From positions 1 to 64,000 of the forward strand of contig JAOZFT010000001.1 in NCBI GenBank assembly GCA_027492035.1: a DNA stretch of 64,000 nt, given 5' to 3'. The notes under the pieces were generated by a model. The model was given only the letters and a program-made list of their open reading frames with translations. It was not told where the DNA came from and did no database searches. The position numbers and the translations under genes are program-made. This DNA is from Thermoproteota archaeon. GTDB lineage: Archaea; Korarchaeota; JAOZGF01; JAOZFZ01. Below are positions 38,202 through 48,495 of the stretch, piece after piece (position 1 is the stretch's first letter; each line of letters opens with the position of its first letter).

Positions 38202-40548
38202 AGTAATAAGTGAACAATTTATTCAAAGATTCTTTTGAAATGTTTATTGTTTGCTTCTTGTTTAAACCAAGTGTTTTACTTGCTTTAATCCATCCTCTGC
38301 ATTGGAGAAACTTCACAATTAATGTTTTCTCTTCTAAACTTGTCAATCTAGGTTTTTCAGGTTCAAGGAAGTACTTAACAGCTAATGTTCTAGCTACATC
38401 GCTTACATACTCAAAAAAGATTACGTCACTTAAGTAGTTTCTTAACCTTAAAATTTCTTCTTCCGTTAAATTGATTGAGTAAGTTTGATTTTTTATTTTA
38501 AGTGTTGAGTGTAAGAGGTGCTGAGCCACGTCAGGGTTCATGTCGTAAAGTATTCCTGCAAGCCAACCCATGAACCTTTTCTTAAAATCTACACTTGAAA
38601 CCTGTATTATTTCTTTCATTTCATCCGTTAAGGGTTTAATTAGGCAAACTGAGTATTCCCCACTTATTGGGTTCTTTACAAGGGTTACATGTACAGGTTC
38701 GAATTTATTTTTCATCCAAAACTTCATCAACTCAGCTGACGCCCCGAATACTGAACCAATCCAGGACAACCCTTTCTCTTTAGCATGCTCCGTTATTTTT
38801 TTAAGTGCAAAACTCCCTATTCCTTTGTTCATTACTGCAGGGTGTGTAGCTATCCTGATTACCCTTAACCCTTTCTTAAAGGGGAAGATATAGCTTCTAT
38901 GATATTTCACCATTAAAGTAGGGATTATATGGCCTTGAGGGTCTTTCCCTCTCTTTATTTCTTCAATCATTCCATTGTTGAACTCTCCTTCGTAAGCAAC
39001 CTGTAAAGCGTTCACTATTTTATTGGTTTTCGTTTTAACGTACCATGCTTCATGGTGTGGAGCATCTGCCAAGAGAGCCGCATCACTTGGCCTGTTCCTG
39101 TAGTGGGCATAAACGTATATACCTATAAATTTTCTCAATTCCTTTTCTTTCACCAGAAACCATTTTTCTAGGTCTGCCTTTTCAAAAATTAATTCCCCTT
39201 TTTCTATACATTCTAAGTCCTTTTTTGTTATTTCGTCAGGTTCAGCATCTAAAAGGAGGGTGTCATAGAGCCATTTCTCAACCGGGTCGTTTCCACTGTA
39301 CCTTACAGGTTCCTTTAATTTAATTTCCTTCAAAGTTAAGTTCTTCGATTCCTTCAGTTTTTTTAGCAGCCTTATCGAGAATCCTCTACCTGCTCCTTCA
39401 TAGCCGTGAGTGGTGGAGGCTAAAACTACAAACTCACCCTTCCCTATTAATTCGTAAAGGATTGGTAAAGGAATCCCTGCAGCCTCGTCCACGACCAAAA
39501 TATCTGTTTTTGTTTTTATTTTTGGTGGAGGCAGGAAAGTTGCTTGTAAATTGCAACAGGAAATTTCCGTGATGCCTTCAGCCTCAGCACTTTTATTTAC
39601 TTCTTTGTACAGCCTCTTTAAACCAACTTCTAAAAATTTCATCAATATACTTGCATTTGATAATTCAGGAGCAGTTACAACTATTTCTCTCCTTTTTTTG
39701 TTTTTTATCAAGTAATCAATTAAACCGGCTAAGCTTAAACCTACAGCTGCGGATTTACCTCTTCCCCTGTCCGCTATAACAACTAATATTTTTTTGTTTC
39801 TGCTTTTACTCCTGAAAAGTTTATCTATGCTTTCAACAACTTTAACTTGGTCTTGGGTTAGACACAAAGTATAAATTCTCCTTGCAAAAACTATGTCGGT
39901 TGGAACCTTCACCCTCTTTTTTTCCCTTTTTTTTGAAAAACCCAATTCAAAGTCTTTAATTATTACTCCCCTATCAACGTCAACAATCATCACCCCCTTG
40001 TGTTCATGTAGTTTATTTATTACCCTTTTTTCGAACAAGGTTTTTACTTGTTCTAAAGTGTAGGGGTAGGTTACAAGTTTTTTATGGAATTTGTTTCTGT
40101 GGTTTTCCCATTTCTTGTAAGGTGGAGCCAAGAAAATAATTAATCCACCACCTCTTACAGTGCCTATTATCCTTCCTAAGTCGTCAGGGTTTGAGTTATG
40201 TACCAAGTTAATTATCAGTATATCTATTGTTTTACCCATGATTTTGAAGGTTTCAGGGAATGTTACAGGTTCAAAGTCGATTTTTTTAGTTGAAACAAGT
40301 TCTTTGAGAAACAGTTTGCAGTCTAGGTTTTCCGCTGGTTTTCCGGTTGAGGAGGTTACATAGAAAATTTTAACCTTTTTCTCTTCCCCCATTATTTTAA
40401 CAGCTTCAGCTGTTACTTTTCCAGCTAATTCTGCATTGACCCAGTTTTTACCGCATAAAACAATAAGTCTCCTATGGTTTGCTTCCTTTCCCGACTTAGA
40501 AGTTTTACGGATTCTTGAAAGCACAGTTTCAACCAGCTCCTCCTCCAA
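38173..40548 (-). CDS. tmcA: RNA cytidine N4-acetyltransferase TmcA/NAT10
   Basis: NHRRL, ADRGRGKSAA, VDEAA, STTHGYEGAGRGF, AHYRNRPSD, RIATHP...GIGS GNAT motif. Confidence 0.93.
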   Translation of the reverse strand: MEEELVETVLSRIRKTSKSGKEANHRRLIVLCGKNWVNAELAGKVTAEAVKIMGEEKKVKIFYVTSSTGKPAENLDCKLFLKELVSTKKIDFEPVTFPETFKIMGKTIDILIINLVHNSNPDDLGRIIGTVRGGGLIIFLAPPYKKWENHRNKFHKKLVTYPYTLEQVKTLFEKRVINKLHEHKGVMIVDVDRGVIIKDFELGFSKKREKKRVKVPTDIVFARRIYTLCLTQDQVKVVESIDKLFRSKSRNKKILVVIADRGRGKSAAVGLSLAGLIDYLIKNKKRREIVVTAPELSNASILMKFLEVGLKRLYKEVNKSAEAEGITEISCCNLQATFLPPPKIKTKTDILVVDEAAGIPLPILYELIGKGEFVVLASTTHGYEGAGRGFSIRLLKKLKESKNLTLKEIKLKEPVRYSGNDPVEKWLYDTLLLDAEPDEITKKDLECIEKGELIFEKADLEKWFLVKEKELRKFIGIYVYAHYRNRPSDAALLADAPHHEAWYVKTKTNKIVNALQVAYEGEFNNGMIEEIKRGKDPQGHIIPTLMVKYHRSYIFPFKKGLRVIRIATHPAVMNKGIGSFALKKITEHAKEKGLSWIGSVFGASAELMKFWMKNKFEPVHVTLVKNPISGEYSVCLIKPLTDEMKEIIQVSSVDFKKRFMGWLAGILYDMNPDVAQHLLHSTLKIKNQTYSINLTEEEILRLRNYLSDVIFFEYVSDVARTLAVKYFLEPEKPRLTSLEEKTLIVKFLQCRGWIKASKTLGLNKKQTINISKESLNKLFTYYYGKTEERDE

Positions 40549-40623
40549 AAAAGGTTCACCTTTTCCTTGAGAAGAAAAATTGAAGAATTAAAGGTTTTAA
40601 GAATTTTAAAAGGCTTTAAGAGC

Positions 40624-41502
40624 TTAGGGGAGGTATAAATAAGCTGCGTTTTCACCTACGTTGATTTTTAACGATTCAGCCACAGGTTTACATTTAGCTT
40701 TTAGAAGATAAAGGATTGGTTTGTTTATTTTCAGTTCAGGTAGGGTTTCGTAGTTAGCCATCCCTTTCGAAATTACCAGGTCTGATTCGTTAATTTCTTT
40801 CTTTAACTCGTTTAACTCGTTAAGGTTCATTATGCTGGAGAAGTCTTTATTTACTGGAAGAACCTTATTAACCACTTCCCCAAACCCCAACTTTCTTAAT
40901 TCATTAACTGTTACGTCGTTTTGGTAGGGGTTGAATTTAGCCACAGCCACTGTCTCCACATCAAAAATTTTCTTTATCTCCTTTAAAACTAATTTGTCAA
41001 ACACAGCCTCCCCTGCGTTATCAAGTAAATAAACAATTTTTTTGGATTTACTTAAAAGGTTGAAGGCTTTGTTTAAATCATTGATTCCGAAATTTTCCTT
41101 TTCCAGCTCCTTTTCAAGTTTCTTGAAACTGAAAGAGTAACCGGCGACGCCTGGATCTAAAGAATTGGCGTTTACAGAGTAAATAATTAATTTCTTCAGT
41201 TTTTCAATTGGTTTTTCATTTTCTAATTCGCTTTCTACTTTTCCAGCCAGGATTGAAGCTGCCTTATTTACTTCTTCTTTCATTTCACGGTAGGGGTCAC
41301 TGTCACCAAGCAACTCCTTAACCCTTTTAAAAACTATGCTTGCTACGTAAGTAACGGTTGTTTCTGTGTTTGAAAGTTCCAAAACCATACGGGAAATTTC
41401 TTTAACAGCAACGAACTTCTCTTTTTCCGGCAAATTTGAATTTAAAATTTCTTTTGTCCTAACTGAAATTAAACAAGGGATGCACCATGGCTTCAGTTTC
41501 AT
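40624..41502 (-). CDS. ARMT1/DUF89 damage-control phosphatase (subfamily I)
   Basis: C.PC N-terminus, DPY...K, DNAGE, NDVT, KGMANYE, KAKC. Confidence 0.9.
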   Translation of the reverse strand: MKLKPWCIPCLISVRTKEILNSNLPEKEKFVAVKEISRMVLELSNTETTVTYVASIVFKRVKELLGDSDPYREMKEEVNKAASILAGKVESELENEKPIEKLKKLIIYSVNANSLDPGVAGYSFSFKKLEKELEKENFGINDLNKAFNLLSKSKKIVYLLDNAGEAVFDKLVLKEIKKIFDVETVAVAKFNPYQNDVTVNELRKLGFGEVVNKVLPVNKDFSSIMNLNELNELKKEINESDLVISKGMANYETLPELKINKPILYLLKAKCKPVAESLKINVGENAAYLYLP

Positions 41503-41622
41503 TTTTCAATCAACCTACACGTATCAATTCTAAAAACTTTCCCCTTTCCCCAAACAATTAAAAAAGATATAAAAAATGAAAAACTTAAGAAAGATTTTTT
41601 TAATGCATCGGAGGAAGTTAAG

Positions 41623-41775
41623 ATGGATTTCAAAAGTAAGTGTCCACGCTGCGGAGCTAAAGCGGCTAAGCTTGGAAACCCAATCATTGCGGTGGGTAAG
41701 ACAAGAGGGTTAAGAATTAATGTTTTCAGATGTCCAGAGTGTAATCTAGTGTTTTATGAAGGTTTTGAAGAATAA
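41623..41775 (+). CDS. Small CPxCG zinc-ribbon protein (50 aa), not in the ORF track
   Basis: GGAGG SD; MDFKSKCPRCGAKAAKLGNPIIAVGKTRGLRINVFRCPECNLVFYEGFEE*; followed by a pyrimidine-rich tract. Confidence 0.75.
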   Translation: MDFKSKCPRCGAKAAKLGNPIIAVGKTRGLRINVFRCPECNLVFYEGFEE

Positions 41776-41866
41776 CTGAACCCCCTTTCCAACACCCCTT
41801 TTCTTTTTATTTCACATTTTTAATTTTTTATCCCCCTCTACTTTCCCTGTCTTTCTTCCGAAGAAC

Positions 41867-44773
41867 TTATATTTTAGTGAAGGAAAATTCCACTTTATCA
41901 TTCTCAAACTTTATGTTACCTGTTATTTCCCCTTTTAGTATGCCAAACTCTATTTTTTCAGCACTTACGTCACGTTTAAAGTCTTCAATGAGTTTCTTTA
42001 ACCCCTTCTCTAAGTCACTGGTTGTTTTAATCGTTAAGAGTATTTTGTCAAGCACTTTGAAACCATGTTTCTTTCTTGTAAGCTGGATTCTGCGTGTGAG
42101 TTCCCTATAAACCCTCTCACTTAAAATTTTATCGTCAACCGTTAAGTCAATAAACACCTCACCAAAAGAGAATTTCTCAGAAACAAAGCTTCCTTTAATT
42201 CTTTCTTTTCTAAACTCCACATCTTTTGCGTTGCTCATTTTGAGAAACACTTGCTTAAACCTGTTCAATGTTTTTTCCACTTGTTTTGACTCAGAAACCA
42301 CCACTACCTTTTTGACAGGCCACCTAAGTTTAACCTTTGCTTTCTGTCTAGCTGAGGAAACAGCTTCAATTATTTCCCTTAAAACCTCCATTTCCTCCTC
42401 TAATTCCTTATTTATGTGTTCTTTCTCCGGTTCAGGAATTAAGAGGAAATGAATCGACTCTTCTTCACAAACTTTACCTCTGAGTAGTTTTTGGTAGAGT
42501 TCTTCAGCCGTGAAGGGAGCAAATGGAGCCAGCAGCTTCAGTGTTTCTTCTGTTGTTTTGAGTAAGGTGTAGAAGGCTGCTTTTTTATCTTTTCCTTGAT
42601 AAAGAGGCCAAACTCTGTCTCTGACAGCTTTGATGTACCATCGAGATAAGTCGTTTAGGATGAAGTCCATGAGGAGTTTTGCTGCTTTAAAGTGGTTATA
42701 TTTTAAACAAGCTTCTCTGTATTCTTTAATTGTTGAATAAAGTTTAGAAAGCAACCATTTATCTTCAGGGAGCAAATCAACTTTTTCAGGAGGCTTCTCT
42801 GTTACATACATTTCTATAAAGTGGAAAGTATTCTTTAAAACATTAAATTGTCTACTGACTTCTTTAACTTCATCCATGTTGAAAAAGAAATTGTTCCAAG
42901 GGGCACTGGATAAAAGATAAAACCTTAAAATGTCTCTACCATATTTTTGAGTTACGTCTTCAGGTAAGATGACATTCCCCCTTTTCTTAGCCATTTTTAC
43001 TCCGTGTGCATCCAAAATGAAACCGTGAAACATTATTGTTCCAAAGGGGCTTCTTCCAAACGTTAACACACTGGTTATTAACTGAGAATTCCACCACCCC
43101 CTTATTTGGTCAGGGCCTTCAGTTTCGAAATCTGTAGGCCAAAGTTTCTTCCACAAGTCTTTCCTTTTAGGGTAACCTAGTGAGGCCCATGAAGCCACTC
43201 CTGAATCAAACCACACATCCAATACGTCAGGTATCCTGTACATAGTTCCTCCACATTTTGGACATTTCAGTTTCACCTGGTCGATGTAAGGCCTGTGAAG
43301 GTCTTTAAGCTCAACTCCCAATTCATCTGCAGACCCTACAACTTTTACTTCACCGCATTTTTCACAGATCCAAATGGGTAAAGGGATACCCCAATATCTT
43401 TGTCTTGAAATAGGCCAATCTCCTAGGTTTTCAATCCAGTTAAGGAATCTTTCTCCAGCCCATTTAGGAACCCAATTAACTTTTTTGCTTTCTTCAATTA
43501 ATTTATCCTTTATTTCTGTTACTTTAAAGAACCATTGAGGCATAGAAATTAAGAGGAGAGGGGATTCGCATCTCCAACAGTGAGGATACTCATGTTCAAT
43601 TTCCTCTTCTAAAAGCAAAAGCTTCCTTGACTTCAATTCATTAATTATTAACTTATCAGCTTCTTTAACGTACATGCCTGCAAATTTACCGCAAGATTCA
43701 TCGAAAACCCCGCTTATTTTAACAGGGGAAACAACTGGTAAACCTGTTTCTAAACCTACCTTGTAGTCTTCTTGGCCGTGTCCAGGTGCACTATGAACTA
43801 AGCCTGTACCTTCAGTTAAGGTAACGAATTGTTCAGATAAAACAACTCTATGAGCGTTTTTCAGTTTCTTTTGGAAAGGGAATAGGTCAGCTAAGGGGTG
43901 TTCATACCTTAACCCCCCTAAATCCCAGCCTTTAACTGTCCCTAACACTTCATAATTGTTGAAACCAAGTTTATCCAAAACAAAGCCAGCTAAAGCCTTG
44001 GCTAGAATAAAAACTTCACCTGTGGGAACTTTTACTTTAACGTATTCAGCACTTGGCTTCACCATTACGCCGGTGTTCCCAGGCAGAGTCCATGGAGTAG
44101 TTGTCCAAATGACTAAGAAAACATTTTTCTCTCCCTCAACTTTAAATTTGACATAAATAGCTGGATCTTTAACTGTTTTGTATTCTATTTCGTTGTAAGC
44201 GACAGCTGTTTCACAGCGGGGGCAAACATGAACTGGGTAGCTTCCTTTGAAAAGGTATCCTTTCTCATATGCAGCCTTAAAAGTTGTCCAGGCTCCTTCA
44301 ATGTAGTTATTGGTTAAAGTCAGGTAAGGATTATCCCAATCCATCCAAACCCCTAAGTTTTTGAACTGCTGCGTCATAACGTCAATGTATTGAGTTGCAA
44401 ATTTTCTGCATTCCTGAATAAAATTTTCAACACCGAATTTTTCAATGTCGCTTTTTACTTTGAAGTTAAGTTTCTTTTCAACTTTGTTCTCAATAGGTAA
44501 ACCGTGGCAATCATATCCTGGTTGATCCCAGACGTCGTAGTCCAGCATTCTGTGGAAGCGAATATAAAAATCTTTCAGGATCTTGTTTAAGGCTGTTCCT
44601 AAATGTATGGCTCCTGTTGCGTATGGAGGCCCGTCCATGAAAAACCATTTCTTTTTTCCTTTACGTAACTTTCTTGCTTTACTTAGGATGCTGTTCTCCT
44701 CCCAGAAATTCAGTATTCTTTCCTCCATTTTAGGTTGAGGCTCAAATTCCATGTAACCCGCCTTTCTTCCCAA
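41867..44773 (-). CDS. ileS: Isoleucine-tRNA ligase (archaeal/eukaryotic type)
   Basis: DGPPYATG.IHLGT, GYDCHGLPIE, WTTTPWTLP, DWPISRQRYWG, EGPDQ.RGW, KMAKK. Confidence 0.95.
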   Translation of the reverse strand: MGRKAGYMEFEPQPKMEERILNFWEENSILSKARKLRKGKKKWFFMDGPPYATGAIHLGTALNKILKDFYIRFHRMLDYDVWDQPGYDCHGLPIENKVEKKLNFKVKSDIEKFGVENFIQECRKFATQYIDVMTQQFKNLGVWMDWDNPYLTLTNNYIEGAWTTFKAAYEKGYLFKGSYPVHVCPRCETAVAYNEIEYKTVKDPAIYVKFKVEGEKNVFLVIWTTTPWTLPGNTGVMVKPSAEYVKVKVPTGEVFILAKALAGFVLDKLGFNNYEVLGTVKGWDLGGLRYEHPLADLFPFQKKLKNAHRVVLSEQFVTLTEGTGLVHSAPGHGQEDYKVGLETGLPVVSPVKISGVFDESCGKFAGMYVKEADKLIINELKSRKLLLLEEEIEHEYPHCWRCESPLLLISMPQWFFKVTEIKDKLIEESKKVNWVPKWAGERFLNWIENLGDWPISRQRYWGIPLPIWICEKCGEVKVVGSADELGVELKDLHRPYIDQVKLKCPKCGGTMYRIPDVLDVWFDSGVASWASLGYPKRKDLWKKLWPTDFETEGPDQIRGWWNSQLITSVLTFGRSPFGTIMFHGFILDAHGVKMAKKRGNVILPEDVTQKYGRDILRFYLLSSAPWNNFFFNMDEVKEVSRQFNVLKNTFHFIEMYVTEKPPEKVDLLPEDKWLLSKLYSTIKEYREACLKYNHFKAAKLLMDFILNDLSRWYIKAVRDRVWPLYQGKDKKAAFYTLLKTTEETLKLLAPFAPFTAEELYQKLLRGKVCEEESIHFLLIPEPEKEHINKELEEEMEVLREIIEAVSSARQKAKVKLRWPVKKVVVVSESKQVEKTLNRFKQVFLKMSNAKDVEFRKERIKGSFVSEKFSFGEVFIDLTVDDKILSERVYRELTRRIQLTRKKHGFKVLDKILLTIKTTSDLEKGLKKLIEDFKRDVSAEKIEFGILKGEITGNIKFENDKVEFSFTKI

Positions 44774-45403
44774 CTGTTGGTTTCCTTAAAAGATGTAGGA
44801 AGGGTGTAAAAGGAACCTTTCCCTTATTTTAAGAAATTTTTAAAGAATTTTTTAATGCAAAGATGTTTTGGATGGTTTCTTTATGTCCTGACTCTTTATT
44901 AAAAATTTAACTTTTTCGATAGGAGAAGATGCGAAGTTCTTTTGCAGAGGAAGTCTACAAGAGTTTAACAACTCATTAACAGCAAAGTTGTTTAAGAGTT
45001 AAGGAAAGAAAGTTAATTCCTTAATTGAAGGCCTCAAATAGAGCCTTTTGCTTAACGTTCAATAACCTTTTTAGCAAAAATATGAAACTTAGTTTTCTTT
45101 GCCATCGAGTTCTTCCTTGTCTCTATAACACTCCAAACAAGCGCAAGCAAGTTTTTACGCTTAAAAATTCATCAGTCTTTTTTATCAATAACTCTTAAAC
45201 CTAAAAAATGGTGAAACCTTTATTGAAGAGTTAAACTGAGGGAGATCCGGTCTAAAGAAAAACTGAGAGGATAGTAGTACAAAACTTTTCTTGTTTCTAT
45301 TTCTAATAAAGTTTTCTTACTTCTAAAAAACTTTATAGGGTGCTGAATTAGGAAAACAATAAATTTTCTAAGCTACAAAAATAAAGGTTTAGAGATGAAT
45401 TTT

Positions 45404-46027
45404 TCAGTGCTTCTTTATTTTTTCGCCTATTTTATAACCTACATTGAAAGCTTTAAGGTTTAACTCTTTGAAATCAACGGGGGTATTCTTTATTATTGCC
45501 TTTTCAACTGCTTCTTTATTTATTAAAGGGAAGAGTTTTGTGAAGACACCTAGAAGTAAAGTGTTAGCTACAAGTTTGTTTCCGAGTTCTTCAGCCAATT
45601 TAGTTGCATGAACAGGAACTTTTTCCACGTCACTCCTTTCTCCTTGATTAATTTGGACAAGGTCAGGGTCGTAAATTAGCACTCCGCCTTTCTTCAGTTT
45701 TGGCAAATACTTTTCATAGGCGAGTTTAGATAGAGCAATTAAAACATCTGACTCTGCTACTTTGACGAAATTTATTTCTTTCTCTGAAATGATTACTTCT
45801 GAGCTGGTGACTCCTCCACGTGAAGCTGGGCCGTATGATTGAGTTTGAACAGCTTCCTTCCCTCCATAAAGTGATGCAGCCATTCCTAGGATGATTCCCA
45901 TTTTCACTATTCCTTGACCGCCTAAGCCTGCAATTCTTATTCTAAATTCACTGACCCCCTTAGTGGTTCCTCCACTGTTTCGTTTATTCATTTTTAACAG
46001 TCCCCGAACAACTATACCTCTCTTCAA
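45404..46027 (-). CDS. korC: 2-oxoacid:ferredoxin oxidoreductase gamma subunit (second operon)
   Basis: AGLGGQG, QSYGPASRGG. Confidence 0.88.
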   Translation of the reverse strand: MKRGIVVRGLLKMNKRNSGGTTKGVSEFRIRIAGLGGQGIVKMGIILGMAASLYGGKEAVQTQSYGPASRGGVTSSEVIISEKEINFVKVAESDVLIALSKLAYEKYLPKLKKGGVLIYDPDLVQINQGERSDVEKVPVHATKLAEELGNKLVANTLLLGVFTKLFPLINKEAVEKAIIKNTPVDFKELNLKAFNVGYKIGEKIKKH

Positions 46028-46097
46028 CTTTCTTTACCATTTTTCAAAATAGGGAAAAATTTAACATTTCTCACGGAATAAACAGTATAACCAAGTT

Positions 46098-46961
46098 TTA
46101 TTCTTTGTGATAGGTCCGTTCCACTTTACCAATCTTTCCCCAAATTAGGTCAGTGTATTCAGGCTTCTCTTTATCCACAAACTCCCCCACAACTATTATG
46201 TTTTGAGTAATTTCAGCCTTTATGGGGTCTATCTTATTTTGGATTATTGACGCTTGTTTCAGCCACTTCATCATCTCAACAGCGTTCATGTGTTTAGTAT
46301 GTCTTCCATAGATTTCTGGACAGGGGGAAATGACCTCAATGAAACTGAACCCCTTTTTTAAAAGGGCCTTCTTTATGGAGTCAACTAAGTTTCTGACATG
46401 GTAGGCTGTCCACCGGGCAACATAAGTTGCTCCTGAACCTGCAGCTAAATAAACAGCATTAAACGGGTGTTCAACGTTTCCGTAGGGAGAAGTTGTTGTT
46501 ACAGCGTTTAAAGGAGTTGTGGGGCCACATTGACCCCCAGTCATTCCATAATTGAAATTGTTTGAGAGTATAACTGTTAATTCAATGTTTCTTCTCGCCG
46601 CCTGAATTAAATGGTTTGCACCTATGGCTAAAAGGTCTCCGTCTCCACCGAAAACAACAACTTTCAATTCAGGTTTAGCAAGTTTAACACCTAAAGCAAA
46701 AGGTATTGCCCTTCCGTGGGTGGTGTGGAACGCGTCAGCGTTTATGTAGCCTGAAATCCTACCCATGCAACCTATACCCGAAACAACGACTAAGTTGTCC
46801 AAGTTAAAGTGCAGTTCCTTCAATGCCTGAAGGAAGCAGTTAAGGATTACTCCGTTTCCGCACCCTGGGCACCAGATGTGGGGAATCATCCCTTTTCTTA
46901 AGTAACTGTCCAAAGGATGTTTCCTTTCATGGTTAGTTAAATGTTTAATTGATTCTTTCAT
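46098..46961 (-). CDS. korB: 2-oxoacid:ferredoxin oxidoreductase beta subunit (second operon)
   Basis: WCPGCG, SGIGC, HGRA, GGDGD, MTGGQ. Confidence 0.92.
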   Translation of the reverse strand: MKESIKHLTNHERKHPLDSYLRKGMIPHIWCPGCGNGVILNCFLQALKELHFNLDNLVVVSGIGCMGRISGYINADAFHTTHGRAIPFALGVKLAKPELKVVVFGGDGDLLAIGANHLIQAARRNIELTVILSNNFNYGMTGGQCGPTTPLNAVTTTSPYGNVEHPFNAVYLAAGSGATYVARWTAYHVRNLVDSIKKALLKKGFSFIEVISPCPEIYGRHTKHMNAVEMMKWLKQASIIQNKIDPIKAEITQNIIVVGEFVDKEKPEYTDLIWGKIGKVERTYHKE

Positions 46962-46971
46962 TTTTTCCCCC

Positions 46972-48120
46972 TTAACTGGTGTTTTTCTCTATTATTTTCA
47001 GTATTTCGTTAGGGGTAGGTGGCTCTTCACCAACTTTAGGGAATGAAATTATTGGTGCGGTTGAAGAAGCTGCCTTCACCTCCCTAATTATTTGTCCTTG
47101 ATTCATTTCTGGTACAATTATCAGTTTTGCTTCAGAAACAATTTTCGCCACCTCCTCCTCTGGAAAAGGCCAAACTGTTATTAATCTTAACAGTCCCACT
47201 TTTAATCCTTTTTCACGGCCTATTTTAACTGTTTCTTTGGCAGCTCTTGCAGGTGTACCGAAAGCTATTATTACAGTTTCAGCGTCGTCTAAAAAGTATT
47301 TTTCAACTGTTATTATTTCTTTTTTATTTTTCCTTATTTTTTCACAGAGTCTACTGGTTAATTCCCTTTGTGTTTTGGCTGACATGTCTGGGTGACCTGA
47401 TTCATCGTGTGTTAAGCCTGTGGCGTAGAATCTGTACCCTTCACCAAAACAAGACATTGGTGGAACAAGATCTTCATCCGGTTTAAAAGGTAAGTACTCT
47501 TCCGGCGGAACTTTCGGCTTCTTCCTATCCACTGTTTTTATTTTTTCAGGTTCCGGAATGACTAGTTTTTCTCTTGTGTGCGCAATTATTTCATCGGCTA
47601 AAATGAAACATGGAACCCTGAATTTCTCCGCTAGGTTGAATGCTTTAATTGTTAAATCAAACATTTCCTGAACAGAGTAAGGAGCTAAAGTTATTATTTC
47701 GTAGTCTCCATGAGCAGCCCACCTGACCTGCAAAACATCTTGTTGACTTGGTTTCGTAGGTTGCCCTGTACTTGGGCCTCCTCTCATCATGTCAGCTATT
47801 ACACAAGGGGTTTCTGTCATTATAGCTAACCCTATGCTTTCAACCATTAAGCTTAATCCTGGACCTGAAGTCGCTGTCATTGCTTTAACCCCAGCCCAGC
47901 TTGCCCCTATGACTGACATCAGGGACGAAATTTCATCTTCAAGCTGAATAAATATTCCCCCAACTTGAGGCATTCTCAAAGCCATCCTTTCAGCTATGCT
48001 GCTTGCAGGGGTTATGGGGTAAGCGGAGTAGAACCTACAACCTGCAGCTATTGCCCCTTCAGCTAAAGCGAAGTTTCCTTGGACAAAGTATTCCCCTGTT
48101 AAAACATCTGGTTTTTTCAA
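46972..48120 (-). CDS. korA: 2-oxoacid:ferredoxin oxidoreductase alpha subunit (second operon)
   Basis: YPITPAS, EDEI, TATSGPG, RGGPSTG. Confidence 0.92.
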   Translation of the reverse strand: MKKPDVLTGEYFVQGNFALAEGAIAAGCRFYSAYPITPASSIAERMALRMPQVGGIFIQLEDEISSLMSVIGASWAGVKAMTATSGPGLSLMVESIGLAIMTETPCVIADMMRGGPSTGQPTKPSQQDVLQVRWAAHGDYEIITLAPYSVQEMFDLTIKAFNLAEKFRVPCFILADEIIAHTREKLVIPEPEKIKTVDRKKPKVPPEEYLPFKPDEDLVPPMSCFGEGYRFYATGLTHDESGHPDMSAKTQRELTSRLCEKIRKNKKEIITVEKYFLDDAETVIIAFGTPARAAKETVKIGREKGLKVGLLRLITVWPFPEEEVAKIVSEAKLIIVPEMNQGQIIREVKAASSTAPIISFPKVGEEPPTPNEILKIIEKNTS

Positions 48121-48359
48121 GACACCTCAACCTTTTCAGTTTCTTCTAAATAAATTGCGAAATCTGGACAGATGTTTTGACAGAATTTACAACCTATACA
48201 GTTATTTATGTATTTAGGTATGGGGTAATGGTTTCCGCGTTCATTAAAGTTCTCAGAAAAAACTAAAACTTTTCTTGGACAAAATTCTATGCAGTAACCG
48301 CATCCCTTACACCTTTCAGGAATAACGATAACGTTTCTAATTATTTTTAAGCGGCTCAT
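48117..48359 (-). CDS. korD: 2-oxoacid:ferredoxin oxidoreductase delta subunit (second operon)
   Basis: [12 protein letters not shown] and [13 protein letters not shown]. Confidence 0.9.
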   Translation of the reverse strand: MSRLKIIRNVIVIPERCKGCGYCIEFCPRKVLVFSENFNERGNHYPIPKYINNCIGCKFCQNICPDFAIYLEETEKVEVS

Positions 48360-48495
48360 ATTTTAAACTCCTTGTTTTTGTTTTCACCCTTTAAAGAGTG
48401 CACGGAGCTAAAAACAACTTCTTCCTTTAAGAAAAAATATTATTTAAAAGATTATCTTTACCTTCTTTTTCAGTGGTTTTTGGAGGAGAAGAGCA

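Noticed and set aside
44774-45403. 630-bp intergenic region upstream of ileS as a T-box, ncRNA or tRNA
   Set aside because: AT-rich, with no GC-rich stems, T-box motif or cloverleaf seen
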